NCBI GenBank assembly: GCA_022813865.1
Contig: JALDZX010000008.1
Location: 1 to 64,000, forward strand
Origin: Xylographa opegraphella
Lineage: Eukaryota
Direction: 5' to 3'
DNA length: 64,000 nucleotides
Below are positions 1 to 12,575 of this stretch, piece by piece. The notes below the pieces were generated by a model. That model was not told where the DNA came from and did no database searches. It saw nothing but the letters and a program-made list of their open reading frames with translations. Position numbers and translations under genes: made by a program. The first letter of the stretch is position 1, and each line of letters starts with the position of its first letter.

Positions 1-316
1 GTCCTAATTTGCTATAGTACAAGCCGACAACACAGGCTGCTAACCCCCTGGATTTTCAACAAAAAACTTGATTCAGCTGCGACCTCGATTTAATTTTTTA
101 TTTACCATTTTATTTATTTAATTAAACAGCTGCGAATTTCCTACGAATTTCTTTACAATATCGCGTAAATATATAATTTATTGTTTTATTATTGCTGCAA
201 CACAGTAATAACACCCAGTGCGAGTTTATTGAGGGTTCAATATATATTATATAAATTAATTTAACGAGATCGCAGACTTGAGAAAATCGAACAGTAACAC
301 GTAATAAAAACATTGC

Positions 317-1157
317 TCAAGCAGTTTTTTTCCATGCTCCCCAGATCCCGATCAAACTGCTCAAAGTTCCAGCCAATCCCACAATGCCATCATCCAAATT
401 TGCATATCCTAGAGCAGTACCGGGGACGGCGAGGTCGCATAAATCCGAAATGAGTTGAAGATTGGTAGAGTTCCGTTCCCTTTACTGATCAGTCAATATC
501 AAGTACCTTTAAATATATCAAACCTTTGAATCTTCTTGATTTCCACCACACCCTCTCCGTTTTTCTTGTCAATGTTTTGCTCCCTTTGTCTCAGCTGCCA
601 TAAAATGTATAAACCAGAAACAGTATTGAACATCAGCCCAGTGAACCATGCCCTATATGCCTCCTTTTGTAGCCGCTTCGCACTTGCCATTGGTCGAATA
701 CCTGAGGCGTCGAGCTGGTTTGTCAGTCCCAGAACGCAGTTCAATATTGAGTACGAACATATGTGACGGTATCGAGACTCAAGTACATTGCGTATCCCAA
801 CTGTCTTCCCACGGCACAGTACTTTAGGATAGGATCCATAGTGGTGTTATCGAAAGCAGTTGCTGCTGCTTTGAAATGCTCCACATTCTTGCCGATCCGA
901 AGGCATTTGCGGGTGAGACCGAATTGCTTCTTAATGGCTTCGAAAGGTGCAATGATTCGTTCCGGATGATTGGTACGATACAAATACCATGCGTAGAAGC
1001 GCGAAAAGTATTGTAGTGTACGGAGGAGCTTGTCGCGACCGACTGTCAAATGTCAGTACCGGGCACTCGGCGAAGGAATGTATAGCTAACCTGTGGTTGC
1101 TACAAAGCGGAGGTAATGGGCCACCGTAGGGTGATACACGAGCGCATCTGCAACCAT
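317..1157 (-). CDS. PEX11: Peroxisomal membrane protein Pex11 (multi-exon)
   Basis: Spliced ORF MVADALVYHPTVAHYLRFVATT|VGRDKLLRTLQYFSRFYAWY...RKCLRIGKNVEH...DDGIVGLAGTLSSLIGIWGAWKKTA*. First intron 1090-1043 is GT..AG. GRDKLLRTLQY is the Pex11 N-terminal signature. Confidence 0.95.
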
Positions 1158-1254
1158 CTTGAAGTGCTGGCAACTGTGAGTATGATAATAAGCAATTGAT
1201 GAAGATAAAATCCCAGCTGGATGCCCCTCTCGGTTGCAGACTATCTAACTTTAG

Positions 1255-1260
1255 CCTCGG
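1255..1260. promoter_or_regulatory. CCTCGG FarA/FarB (Ctf1-type) fatty-acid response element
   Basis: Exact CCTCGG about 100 bp upstream of the PEX11 ATG. This motif is known upstream of peroxisome and beta-oxidation genes in filamentous ascomycetes. It is only a 6-mer, so chance is possible. Confidence 0.55.
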
Positions 1261-1393
1261 CAGGCGGTTAGAACATTTGATACAAATGCATTGAAATGCC
1301 CTAAGCAGCATCAACCATATATTATCATGATTCCAAATCGAAGACATAGTATTTAGGGAGTATCTAACGCTGTAGCTATATACAAAGCCAATA

Positions 1394-3646
1394 TCACAAG
1401 CCCCGAAACACGTTTCCACTGGCGCTTCGACGATTATTATCCCTCCTTTGATCCGAAGGAACAACCTTCTGAGCTTGACTCTTCCTTTCTGGTGCAAACG
1501 TTATCTGGCGTTCACCTACGACTGCTCTCGTAGTACCCTCGGACCTTTTGTTGCGCACTACTCGAGATCCGAAGGAAATGTCCCGGGATTGCATCGGCTT
1601 TCTCGACGAAGTAACAACCATCTGGGGCTGTTTCGACTTGTGGCCAGATCGTTTGTAAGAGGCCGATGAAATTCTGCCATTGTCCTTCGGTTTCGAGTCT
1701 TCCACATCCACAAGACTGGAGTCGTCGTCACTGGCGTCTCCCGATTCAGAAACTTGCTCCTCTTCAACAGCCGTGAGTTTCTTTTCTCTATAATTAGAAG
1801 CCGACGGGATTGTGCTTGGATTGAGAGATTGAAATTCCCGTGATGTCTCATCAATAGCGTAATCCTCGTCCTGGAATAGTTTGGTGAATCTGGGGTCAAC
1901 CAATAAACCTCTGTCGGCGCTGCGTTCCTCGATGTCAATTGGCGGTTCTTCGGTTATCATTACCTCTGGCTCATCCCCACCAATCTTCAAGACTCTTCTT
2001 GCTTTCCTTCGTTGATTCTTCTCTTCGCGCTCAACGATCTTCTCCGCGAGCCGTCTATTGACCTTTGCGGTCACTTTCTTGTTCCCACGAATCCTGCTCT
2101 CCCTTTCTCCGTCAATCTTTTCTTTCAGCCGCTTTACACGCTGTTCTTCCCATATGAAAGGATCTGCAATCAGCTTGGCTTCTTCATAAAGCCGTTGAGC
2201 AACGAAATATCCATGCATATAGGGCCGGAGCAGACTAGTGGTCCCAACCAAATGAGCCAAGTTCAACGCTTCCAGCTGCTGCATGGTCAAGAACTTATAA
2301 TTATCGTACACCTCGCCAGAACGTTGTGTTGTGAACGCATTCGGATCAGTAGGGTCTTCCGCCATTTCTTCGACAAGATTGTCGAGGAATGAGCACCACC
2401 TTGGCGCAGGTCCAAGCTGCGGAATGAAAAATGCATGCTGCTGTCTTCCTTCATTGGCCGTCAAAAGCATTCCCGAGTCCTTACACCAGGCAACGGAGTT
2501 TATATCGATAGCTGGCTCTACAGAAGTCCATGGCGTACCGTCGTGCTCATCCCAGATCTTGATTATACGTTTGTCTGCCGACAAAATTTTGCTTTCGGTT
2601 GACTGACCTCTAGACGTTGTAGACGACGAGAGGTATATCAGCTCGTTGATTGGATATCCATAGCCCTGATCTTTCTTGAGGAACGGGATTGGGGATCGTA
2701 GATCGTAAAGATGTATGAGACCTGTCGATGAACCCGTTGCCAAGCTTAATCCGGAGCGGTTGAACTCTAAAGCGGTGATTTCCCCCTTTTCTTCAACCGT
2801 GCTTGCTTGCGGATTTGACCGCAGAATCCCTATTCGTGCTCGAGAACGAGGATCCCAAAACTCGACGGTACCAAGCGATGTCCCAAAAGCCAAGAGGTTA
2901 TGACTTTCTTCCGCAACGGCTGCCGTGTTGACACTTCCGACAGCGATCCCACCTTGTAGTGCACCACCTCCTACAGACGCTAGGTCATCACCACCAATAT
3001 CCACTTCGAACGCCCGCATATATCTTCCAACTTCAAGGTTCAGTCTAAACACCTCACCCATTCCACTTTCATTCACTCCCACGGCTGGTATAAGAGCTTC
3101 AGCCGATCGTTTGTCATACTTAAGGTCTCTTCCATACCGTGGTATTCTGGTTGTATAGTGACAACCTTGTGGAGTATGAAGCTCAATCGATCGATCGGCC
3201 TGTAGATGGATCGATTTGGAGTGGTCGGTTGAAAGCAGCATGAATGTAGTATTGAGCGATATTGTATGGCGAGCGTAGGACAAAGATAGATGTGGGAGAT
3301 AATGGGTATGTATCTGAGGCTTGTATGTGCCTAAATGGTAGAGTCAACAGCTATTTCCACTCCAGAAGCCAACCGCTTGTAACGGGCCGTGAAATGTCGC
3401 ATAAGAAAGGATTTTGATAGACAATGTACCTGTACTCATAACCCAGTCCCCATCATCACTGACTCGTATACATTGACTGGCTTCTTCGAATTCAAAATCT
3501 TGAAGAAGTTCAATGCGGCTGGCATACTCAGGATCATTCTTTAAACTCCGCTTGCGCTTCCTCGCCAGCCACTCAGGTAAAGGACGAGCAGTAGAAGAGC
3601 CAGATATAGTATACACCGGTACGGTAGAGTGACTCGTGAGCTTCAT
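1394..3646 (-). CDS. ENP2: Ribosome biogenesis WD40 protein Enp2/NOL10 (NUC153 C-terminus)
   Basis: Exon 1 MKLTSHSTVPVYTISG...RIELLQDFEFEEASQCIRVSDDG; large exon with FIPQLGPAPRWCSFLDNLVEEM, YDNYKFLT and DPRFTKLFQDEDYAIDETSREF. Confidence 0.95.
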
Positions 3647-4115
3647 GATTTCAGATTTCTGACATGCAAAGCGCAGGATAAGGTATCCTTCTTCGAAATG
3701 CTTCGGAAAAAGTTCTCGCGTATCGTTATCTTACACTAGCTCCCGGCAAGAGCGGGAACTACTCGCACCGATGCCTTAGTGATCCATGACTAGTAAGGTA
3801 AGTAGTACGGTACTCTTCGACAGACGAGACACGTGATTTCCCCAAAGAAGCCTCGATTGTCAGACTGCACTTCTTGGCTATTATCTCGAAGTGGAGTGAG
3901 AAGATATCGAGAGGATCTTTTACATCTGTGGCCTAGTCCGAAAGCATGACCTTGATATACCACCTTCTTCAATATAACCTGCCGGAAGAATAAACCGCTT
4001 CCTACTCACACGATGAGATCGTTGTGGTTCATAGACTCTGAACTTCAGGCTTGGAGCCTCCCTGGCGGAGATCTTTGCATTATTACCAGTATCGATATTT
4101 GCGCTTTCATTGATC

Positions 4116-7100
4116 ATGGACTTCCCGCGGACTGCTCCCACGAATATACATAAAATTGTACTTCTGGTTGATCGTTGAGCACTGCCTATGCTTACCAACG
4201 TACAGGGCGGTATATTATTTATTCAATGGAGTGTGTACGGCTTAGGCAGTGTCTCTGATTCTAACTCCAGCCGAGATCGAGAGTCAACAAAGCAGACTTT
4301 AGATACTTTGCATCTTGCAGAGCACGAACTCCGGCGTTGTGGAAATCATGTGCTCCATGATCAATCTCAGGGAGTATTATGGGTTTTCGACCTCTCAGGT
4401 CCCAGTGTCCGGAAAGAGCCGAAAGCCGATAATATGGGAAGGATTCCAGCGTTGGTCGGACGCCATGGCTTAAAAAGTAAGTGCGCTTGCTGACCGTCCA
4501 TCTAATTCATGTCGCTCATCATTCGAAGAACTGTTGTTTGGGTCTCTTCGAGCATCCGACATCATTGATACTCCCGCTCCCAGCCATGAGGTTTTTTTTT
4601 CGCTCGGTATCTGGCTAAGCCTGGGCCAGAATCTGGACGCTTCGAGTCTAGTAAGAGCAACGTCAGGAGAAAGGCCCCTTGCTATATCACAGGACAATGT
4701 CTCAATTTATAAGAAAATAATATACGCGATATCGATGTCTATTTGGTATTTATTAGCAGATACAGACTATTATATCCCCCTTTCGCCAAACGAATTCTTA
4801 TGTCCGAGGCCAGAGGAAGACCATATTCTCGGACTCTATACAAATTGGAGGGACAGCTCGGACCTTTTCAATACCTTTTGTCTGGAAGTGCAGTGGCTTC
4901 CATGTGGTACATTGTTGATTTATAGTTATCCTGAACCAGGCGTTTTACGGCACAATCTGGTGGAGGAGCATTTGGCGCCTGACCGAAGTCCGGATTTCGA
5001 ATTTCAACTTGCACCGTTTGGCACTGTTGCCACGCAATACGACGAGAGTCTTAGAGACAATGGAGGTGTCGAGGTTGTCGAGCAAATGGAGGACATCATC
5101 GAATCAAACGAAGAGTCTCGTCTACAGAATCTCAAGCCATCTATCTCGTGGCTATTGGAGCAACATGGCCTTCGGCTCTCGGAGCACTGCGAGTGGCTCC
5201 GGGTAAACATCAAATCCTCTGCCAACGATCTCAGTCGCAAGCGTAATGGTGCACTTCCATCTGGTACAATTCTATGGCCTGCTCATCTTTGCTTTTATGA
5301 AGATAACCAATTCACGAGTGGAATGAACACTCCCTCTTGGCTGTGGCCGGGGCTTGAAACACCCGCATTGGATCCATTGAAAGCTGCAGAAACCTGGTTT
5401 CTAGAAAAGGACTCCCGTGAGAAGGCAATAGAGCAGAAACGTGCAGAGGTAGAAGCCCAGTCGCGACTGGAGCGTCAAGATATACCCTTGGATGATGACG
5501 ATCTATTACCCACAGGCTTCCTGACCATTGATCGGCATATGAATGTACAGGGAGCAAATGGTATTTATCCTACACCTCCTGATGGCCCCCTTGGACAGGG
5601 CTCAGATCGTGGACCATACGACCAGGCAAATATTCACAGTGATACTGAGATGCTAGATTTAGTTGAAGATCAAGGTACCGTGCTCGAACAAATCGATCAG
5701 CAGAGAGGTTTGAACACCGAAACAGGGATGAGTCTTGGTGCCTATAAAGACACTGAAGAGGATGATCTGTTTGGCGACATGGACTCGGCAATGTTCACTG
5801 CCAAAGGTATCACAGAGGATGATTTTGATTTTTTCGACGAGCCAGAGGACCTGAGCGGTTATGTTCCGTCTACGTTTGATCCGGACCCATTGACGAAGGG
5901 GGGAGCTGATCATACTGCCTCACATGCTTCTAACCCAACAGAATCGTCAAATGTCGACATGACAGTCGACGAAACCTACGATACTGGTGGTCTCGGGCGT
6001 ATCTCAATGATGCAAACTACTCCAGCCGAAGACAAAATACATGTGAAAACTGAGGACAGTAGCAATCAAAGTCAATCGCAGCCCCCTCTACAATCCATCA
6101 AGGATGATTTAAAACAATATATTATGCCTATGCCCGTTGGCGACTCGACCTCCTCATTCTATATCACATCGCAAAGCGAGCAGGCTTCTGAGGACCAACA
6201 TAGTGTGTTCGGAAGTATCCCTTTATGGGACGTATCTCGGAATCTCGATCAAAAGTACCGTGATCGTGGTAGGTTCTCCGTAGGTATCGGCATACGAGAA
6301 AACGATTTGGATCGCAAACAACAGCGGGTCGAGAAGTTTGTACCTCTACTTGGTCAGCTTACTGGAATTAGCGACGATGGACTTGACTCGGATGAAGGTC
6401 AGCAACTTTCCATCTGCTTGCCCTGTCCTTTAGTACTAACAAGGAGCTTTTTGATCTGCAGATTACCGAACGAGTGGACCTCATACACCAAAGTCGAGCA
6501 CAAACCATGATGACTATGAAGCAATTACAGATATTACCAAGATTTATCTACCGCAAACTCCATTGAGCCCTGAAGGAATTGACACGGAGTGTAAGACAGT
6601 ACCTGCACCGCCGCAAATGTTGCCTGGATCCAACAGTATACCGCACAATTCATCACTGCAAACAAACCCCTCTAGCCTGACTCGACAAGTTTACCGTGGC
6701 CACGATGGAAAATTTATTCAAGTTGCACAGATCTTGGCCGACCAACTGCTTGCCTATTCCAAGGCTGATACTCATGATGAATTCTTCCCAATACTTGGGA
6801 CCATAAATGTCTACGCTGGAGTGCCGTTCGAGGATCCATTGAGAAATATCCTGGATGAGATGTTTCCTCGGGATGAGATATGTACTCTAGAAGCTTGCGC
6901 GGGTCTTTCTGACGGTCCCCGCGGCGCTGTTACACTTCCAAAGGTTGTTGTCCGACCCACTCCTAAGAAACAGGACAGTGTACGTGGTCCAAGTCAAATT
7001 GCCGGCTATCCTTCGATCACTTGCCTGGCGAGTCCCGATCTGCGAGTATTACGGGGCGATACTCTTATGGACATCTCATCAACCGCATTACAATTCTGGG

Positions 7101-8735
7101 AGGAACTCGGCTTGAGCCCTTGCATGGGTCCCAAGGATGTCATCTCATTCTGTGTTTACCCTCATACAGAAATGGTTCGGCGTGGCACGGCCTCTTTCAT
7201 GAATTTGGTGAGCTCGGTTTTCCAAAGTTTAAGACTCGGCGCGTGTAGCTGTGGAAGCGAGATACTCGACGAATTCCCCATAGGATTAGTTCCTGTCTCA
7301 TTGAATACTTACGATATCGAAAGTGCTATGAAGGAAATTGACATAGTTTGTGAATATCTCGGTATGCCCCACCATCGACACTGAGTATTTGCGGCGCTAA
7401 AGGATTAACGAAGGAGAAAAACTATCGCAATTGGAATCCCCCGGGAATACAATCGTCATTTACATGGTCAATCCATTCTGCACCTTGTACTCTCTGCCGC
7501 GGCTGTGTGAATCCTTCACGAGGTGTTTTGAGAAATATGTGTCCGCTACAAACGTCAATTCGCAAGCACACCCCTGTGACCTAGTTCTCAAACTCCTTCC
7601 TATTAGCTGGGTTGCCTCCACAACGACAATTGCTTTGTCGTCGCCGAGAGAATACGCTAGACTGGCCAAAGATGTGTACGATAGGTGTCCGGTAAATAAG
7701 TCGGAGAGGGGGCTTTCGCCTTATGCATCTGCCTCGCTTGTACAAATCGCTGAAGATGTTCCCAAGGCTCTGAATTTCAGTTTGAGTGCAGACCCTACGA
7801 TATGCTTAACTCGGGAGAATGAAGCATTGCATGTTGGGTATTCTTGGGACATCGACTCTCAATGGTTGTGTTCCTCGGTGACCGACAGCTTTGGAAGACT
7901 ACAGTGGAACGCATCATACTCTCTCGGTGATAATTTACATGACCCGTGGCCAGTGATCAAGTTCATAATTCAGGAGATCTGGAAAGGGCTTACTGAGATA
8001 ATGGGACAAGGAAACCAACACTACAGCGTGTATGTTGCCAAAGATACCCCGTTAGATCAACGGGAAGTCGATGGTATGTATCTTTACTTTGTAGTCCGTC
8101 TACCACTAATTCTTCTAGCGTGGCTCCTGCAACTTACTCCACCAAAGAATCCACGAATCGCGCTGATCATACTATTTGTCGAGACATGTCCACCTATTTA
8201 TCACTCAATGAACACGAAGTTGCAAACATCACTGGACGACGCTTCTTTTTCAGCGACACCAGAATCGATAGCACTGGCGAACGCCTCAACACCGGGGAAC
8301 CTCGCCAGTCCTGGTTTTGCGGGAGGCTCTTCGAGCCGAGTTGGCGATATACTCGATCCAGACTCAAGCGCTCGCTTATTGAACATCATGGATCAAGCTT
8401 GGGGTGTGACCTTTTCTCGAGCTCTTTACACTCGTAGCAATGGAGCGTTCGCCAGATGCTACTTGGGAAGTGGTTACTTGACGAAGCGAGCGGGTGCGCA
8501 GGACGGAAACGGATGGATCATGATGGGTGTGCATGTTGTGCACGCGGAGAAATGGACTGATGCACATATGAAAGATCTCTTAGGTATGTATCGGTGCTTG
8601 GGGACAATTGCAAGGGCCAGAGGCGTCGAGGACGAAATTACGAGCGTGATACCCTGGCATATAGCCGTAGCATCAAGAGCACAGAAAGGATTAAACATGA
8701 TGATGAGGTATGATGATGGAGGATCTAGAATATAA
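4116..8735 (+). CDS. MED13: Mediator kinase-module subunit Med13 (Ssn2/Srb9), multi-exon
   Basis: ATG at 4116 (MDFPRTAPTNI). Motifs LWPAHLCF, GIYPTPPDG, ITEDDFDFFD, ALQFWEELGLSPCMGPKD, LHVGYSW and IPWHIAVA run across ORFs 4534-6510, 6563-7384 and 7431-8735, joined by short introns. Confidence 0.9.
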
Positions 8736-9179
8736 TTGTGCCGAACTATACTGTTTCGCCCTTCCTGGATTCAATTTGTATTGGATCCAAGGGTTATTTA
8801 ATGCTATATATTCCGTCCGCCGATTTTGAATTGAGGGTTCCTAATGCTTGTCCAATCCATACGGCATGCAACTAGTATATTATGGTCCGAGCCGTACTGC
8901 GGTCTTCTGTACTGGCACCATGTACAATTCTCGTCTACCCTGCAACTCTTAAGTTAATGTTATCTTCTATACAGAGCACAATTGCATAGGTATGGCTCGA
9001 GCGGTGCTTTGGGCGGAGCCGGGCTGGCTTTCAAAAAGTATTGGCTCCAGACTGGGTTGGCTCATTACTGCAAGGCAAGCGCATAACGACTAATAACCAC
9101 TCCAGAGTTGATGTCATTATTAGTTGGTATACGTCGATCTTGTTGCTGATTGACAAGCAGTACACGGTATCATTCGACA

Positions 9180-10322
9180 ATGACAGCTGTCGAGTCAACG
9201 GAATCACCTCTATCGGGGTATTGGGCACCGACCCATCTCAAGCGCCTTTACTATGGTCCATCATCAGTGGACAAACACCTCATGTCATGCCTTCCCACAG
9301 AAAACTCGAAGGCTTTCATCATCACCGGAGCCTCACTGGCTAAGAAGACTCCTTTAATCAACCAAGTTGAGACTCTTCTCTCGAAGAAGCATCATGCAGG
9401 CACCTTTTCAGGCATTGGCCAACACGCCCCGATCCAGCAATTAGACGAAGCCACCGAAGCAGTGCAGCGGGACTCGGATATCGACACCATCATCAGTGTC
9501 GGAGGAGGGAGTCCCATTGACGCTGCGAAGGCTATCTCGCACAGATCCCACGAGAGAACAGGCAAGTATTTACATCACATTTCTATTCCAACAACTCTCA
9601 GTGCTGCTGAATGTTCTTTCATGGCCGGCTACACCAAAGAAGATGGAGTCAAGACTGGGATCGCCAAGCCTGAAATCGCGGTGGATGTGATTATTTACGA
9701 TGCGAAGTTTGCGGTCCATACGCCGCAGAAGCTCTGGTTGTCGACAGGAATGCGAGCCATGGATCACGCTATAGAATTGCTCTACAATCCAACCTCCGCT
9801 GAAGTCCCCACGAAACAGCTCGTGCTGACTGCTGTCGCCACGCTCTTCAACTACCTGCCGAAGTCCAAAGCAGAGCCCGAGAATGAGGATTATCTCACAC
9901 GTTTGCAGTTGGCCGCTTGGAGCTCACTGTACCCTTTCGGGCTGAATGCCAAAGGCGGTCTTGGTCTCAGTCATTCGCTTGGATATGCACTCGGATCACC
10001 ATACTCTATTCCGCACGGCATCACTTCATGCATGACCTTAGCCAGTGTAGTAAAATTGAAAGCCGAAAACCCGAACGACGCCGCACAGCTCGCAAGAGTT
10101 CTACCGTTCATCGGCCAACCTCGTGGCGAAGATGACCATAAAGATGCTCTCAAGGTGGGCGACGCAATTGATAGTTTGGTCAAGGAACTTGGGTTGGCGT
10201 GCACGATTACCGACTACGGGGTAGGCGAGGACCAGATCACTCAGATTAGCAACATGGCCACGGGGGCCAAAGATGGAGTGTTGTATGACAAGGTAGCTCA
10301 GCTGGTGAAGGGTTTATTCTGA
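9180..10322 (+). CDS. Iron-containing alcohol dehydrogenase / maleylacetate reductase-like protein (intronless)
   Basis: ISVGGGSPIDAAK, IPTTLSAAE, RAMDHAIE and LSHSLGYALG...IPHGITS are Fe-ADH family motifs. ATG at 9180. Confidence 0.9.
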   Translation: MTAVESTESPLSGYWAPTHLKRLYYGPSSVDKHLMSCLPTENSKAFIITGASLAKKTPLINQVETLLSKKHHAGTFSGIGQHAPIQQLDEATEAVQRDSDIDTIISVGGGSPIDAAKAISHRSHERTGKYLHHISIPTTLSAAECSFMAGYTKEDGVKTGIAKPEIAVDVIIYDAKFAVHTPQKLWLSTGMRAMDHAIELLYNPTSAEVPTKQLVLTAVATLFNYLPKSKAEPENEDYLTRLQLAAWSSLYPFGLNAKGGLGLSHSLGYALGSPYSIPHGITSCMTLASVVKLKAENPNDAAQLARVLPFIGQPRGEDDHKDALKVGDAIDSLVKELGLACTITDYGVGEDQITQISNMATGAKDGVLYDKVAQLVKGLF

Positions 10323-10734
10323 AAGTGGATGCATTGGGTGGTGCAGTTCCAGTCAGCTTGTTCTAGCACATGCTCGTTGGTATATCTGTACGATAGCCTT
10401 GTTCACAAAGAAATCAATGCACATAAAGATCTGCAAGAACGTCAAGTAGGTGAAAGGGGATTGTGAGCTGGATCATCTAAATATAGGGAGTAGGTCTACA
10501 CTCGATACTTCTGAAGGTCATCGGTCGGCTGCGGAAACAAGTTCTAATCGCGCTCCCGATTAGATACTTATCCGAGATGCAGAGAAAGGTAGCTGCATGG
10601 ACGAGTTGTCAATAAGTCTGTTCTCGAAGTCCAGATTGTCGGTCGCCAGCTCCGACAATTGAAGGAACAGCAGTTTCTTCGTATCTAATCCCTTTGCTTT
10701 TGTCCCGTCCCCGCAGTGATTTTAGTAAAGACCA

Positions 10735-12575
10735 ATGGCAGCTGCCTCCACCACGTCATACATTCATCTTGTGCACAGTGCTGAGTCCAAGGTTGGCCAA
10801 ATATTGAGAAACATACAAGCTCGCAGTCAAAGATCTCAGGCTGTACTCGTGCTCAACAGAGGCAAGTACCGAACACTATCCGTGGGTACTGGCAATACAG
10901 AAGTAGTAGTCTAGCTGTACCAGACCCTATACCCATGGAGCCTCTTGACTTCGCATGACATGGAATTTTGCCCAGAGCATACTGACTTCTTGAAGTGAGC
11001 CCTATTCTACCCCGATCATTTTCCTGTGCAACGCGACGAGGCATGTCCTCCAGCCCGAGGCTCCGAAGCCTAAACATTGACAACATCAACCCTCATGTGA
11101 AAGCGGCGAAATATGCTGTCCGTGGCGAGTTGGCGGCAAGAGCTGAGAAGTACCGAGTGAGACTGGCTAAAGGCTATCCACCATCACCCCCCGAGGAGAC
11201 GCTGCCATTCGACAAGGTTATCTCCGCCAACATTGGGAACCCGCAGCAGCTCGATCAGAAGCCCATCACCTTCTTCCGCCAAGTTCTTAGTATATTGGAA
11301 TATCCAGGGTTACTTGAGAACGAAGAGGCTCTGAAGAGTGCATTTGGCTACAAAGATGATGTGATCGCAAGGGCGAAGTGGCTATTGGACGAGGTGCGCA
11401 GTGTTGGGGCATACAGTGTCAGTCAAGGAGTTCCAGGAGTCAGGGAGAGTGTGGCGAAGTTCATCGAACGACGAGATGGGTATTCAGCCGATCCCGCCCA
11501 GGTATTCTTGAGCGCAGGCGCTTCTTCTGGAGTAAACACTTTAATGCACATAATATGCTCGAAACCAGAGACGGGGATCCTTGTTCCAATTCCACAATAT
11601 CCACTATACACGGCCACTCTATCACTTCTAAATGCTCGATGTGTGCCTTATTATCTCGACGAGGGCAAAGCGTGGGGCACGGATATAGGAGCGATTAAAG
11701 ATGCGCTGAAAAAAGCCAAATCGGAAGGCACCGATGTAAGGGCTATCGTGGTCATCAACCCCGGAAACCCGACTGGGGCAAGCTTGACTGCGGAGGATGT
11801 TCGAAGTGTGTTGGAGTTCGCAGCAGAGGAGAAGCTCGTCGTTCTCGGTGATGAAGTCTATCAGACCAACGTTTTCAAGGGCAAGTTCAACTCGTTCAAG
11901 AAGGGTCTGAGAGACCTGCAGAAGGAAGTTCCCGGCAAATACGACAACATCGAGCTTGCATCGCTTCACAGCATCTCGAAAGGGATGGTCGGCGAATGCG
12001 GTCACCGTGGTGGCTATTTCGAGCTGATCGGATTCGATTCGGCGGTCGAAGCGGAGATCGTCAAGTTTGTCAGTATTAGTCTGTGTGCGCCGGTGATCGG
12101 TCAATGTCTGGTGGAAATGATGGTCAATCCACCGAAAGAGGGAGAACCAAGTTATCCGTTGTACAAGCAGGAGTATGATGGAATTTTCCACGGCCTCCAA
12201 GAGAGAGCCACAGCGCTGTATAATGCCTTCAGTGAAATGGAAGGTGTTAGCTGCGAGGAGCCTCAGGTAAATCCTTTCGGTTTTTTCGACAAAATAGTAC
12301 ACTGATAGATTTCGCAGGGATCCATGTATCTGTTCCCTACCATTACGATTCCCAAGAAGGGGATTGAGCAAGGCAAGAAAGAGGGACGTTCCCCCGATGA
12401 GTTCTATGCATCTCGCCTTCTCGACGCCACCGGAGTCTGTGTGGTTCCCGGTTCAGGGTTTGGCCAAAAGCCAGGCACGCTACACTTCCGAACGACCTTC
12501 CTGGCCCCAGGAACGGAGTGGGTTGGCAGAATCACCAAGTTCCATGAGAAGTTCATGGATGAGTTTCGGGACTAA
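10735..12575 (+). CDS. ALT1: Alanine aminotransferase (class I PLP aminotransferase)
   Basis: AKYAVRGE, NIGNPQQL, VINPGNPTG, DEVYQ, SLHSISKG..GECGHRGGY, VPGSGFGQ..HFRTTFL. Upstream exon 10735-10861 is inferred through a GC-AG intron 10862-10995. Internal in-frame ATG at 11043; last intron about 12267-12317. Confidence 0.92.

Noticed and set aside
8724..10322. Cryptic peroxisomal PTS1 signals (MED13 ends SRI; read-through of Fe-ADH or ALT stops)
   Set aside because: Med13 is nuclear and SRI is probably chance. Neither stop has the TGA-CTA read-through context, and the Fe-ADH extension ends RGL, which is not a PTS1.
11628..12371. Long antisense ORFs over ALT (and similar ones over NSE2, the TF and FG-GAP genes)
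   Set aside because: Expected shadows of codon bias on the opposite strand of real genes.
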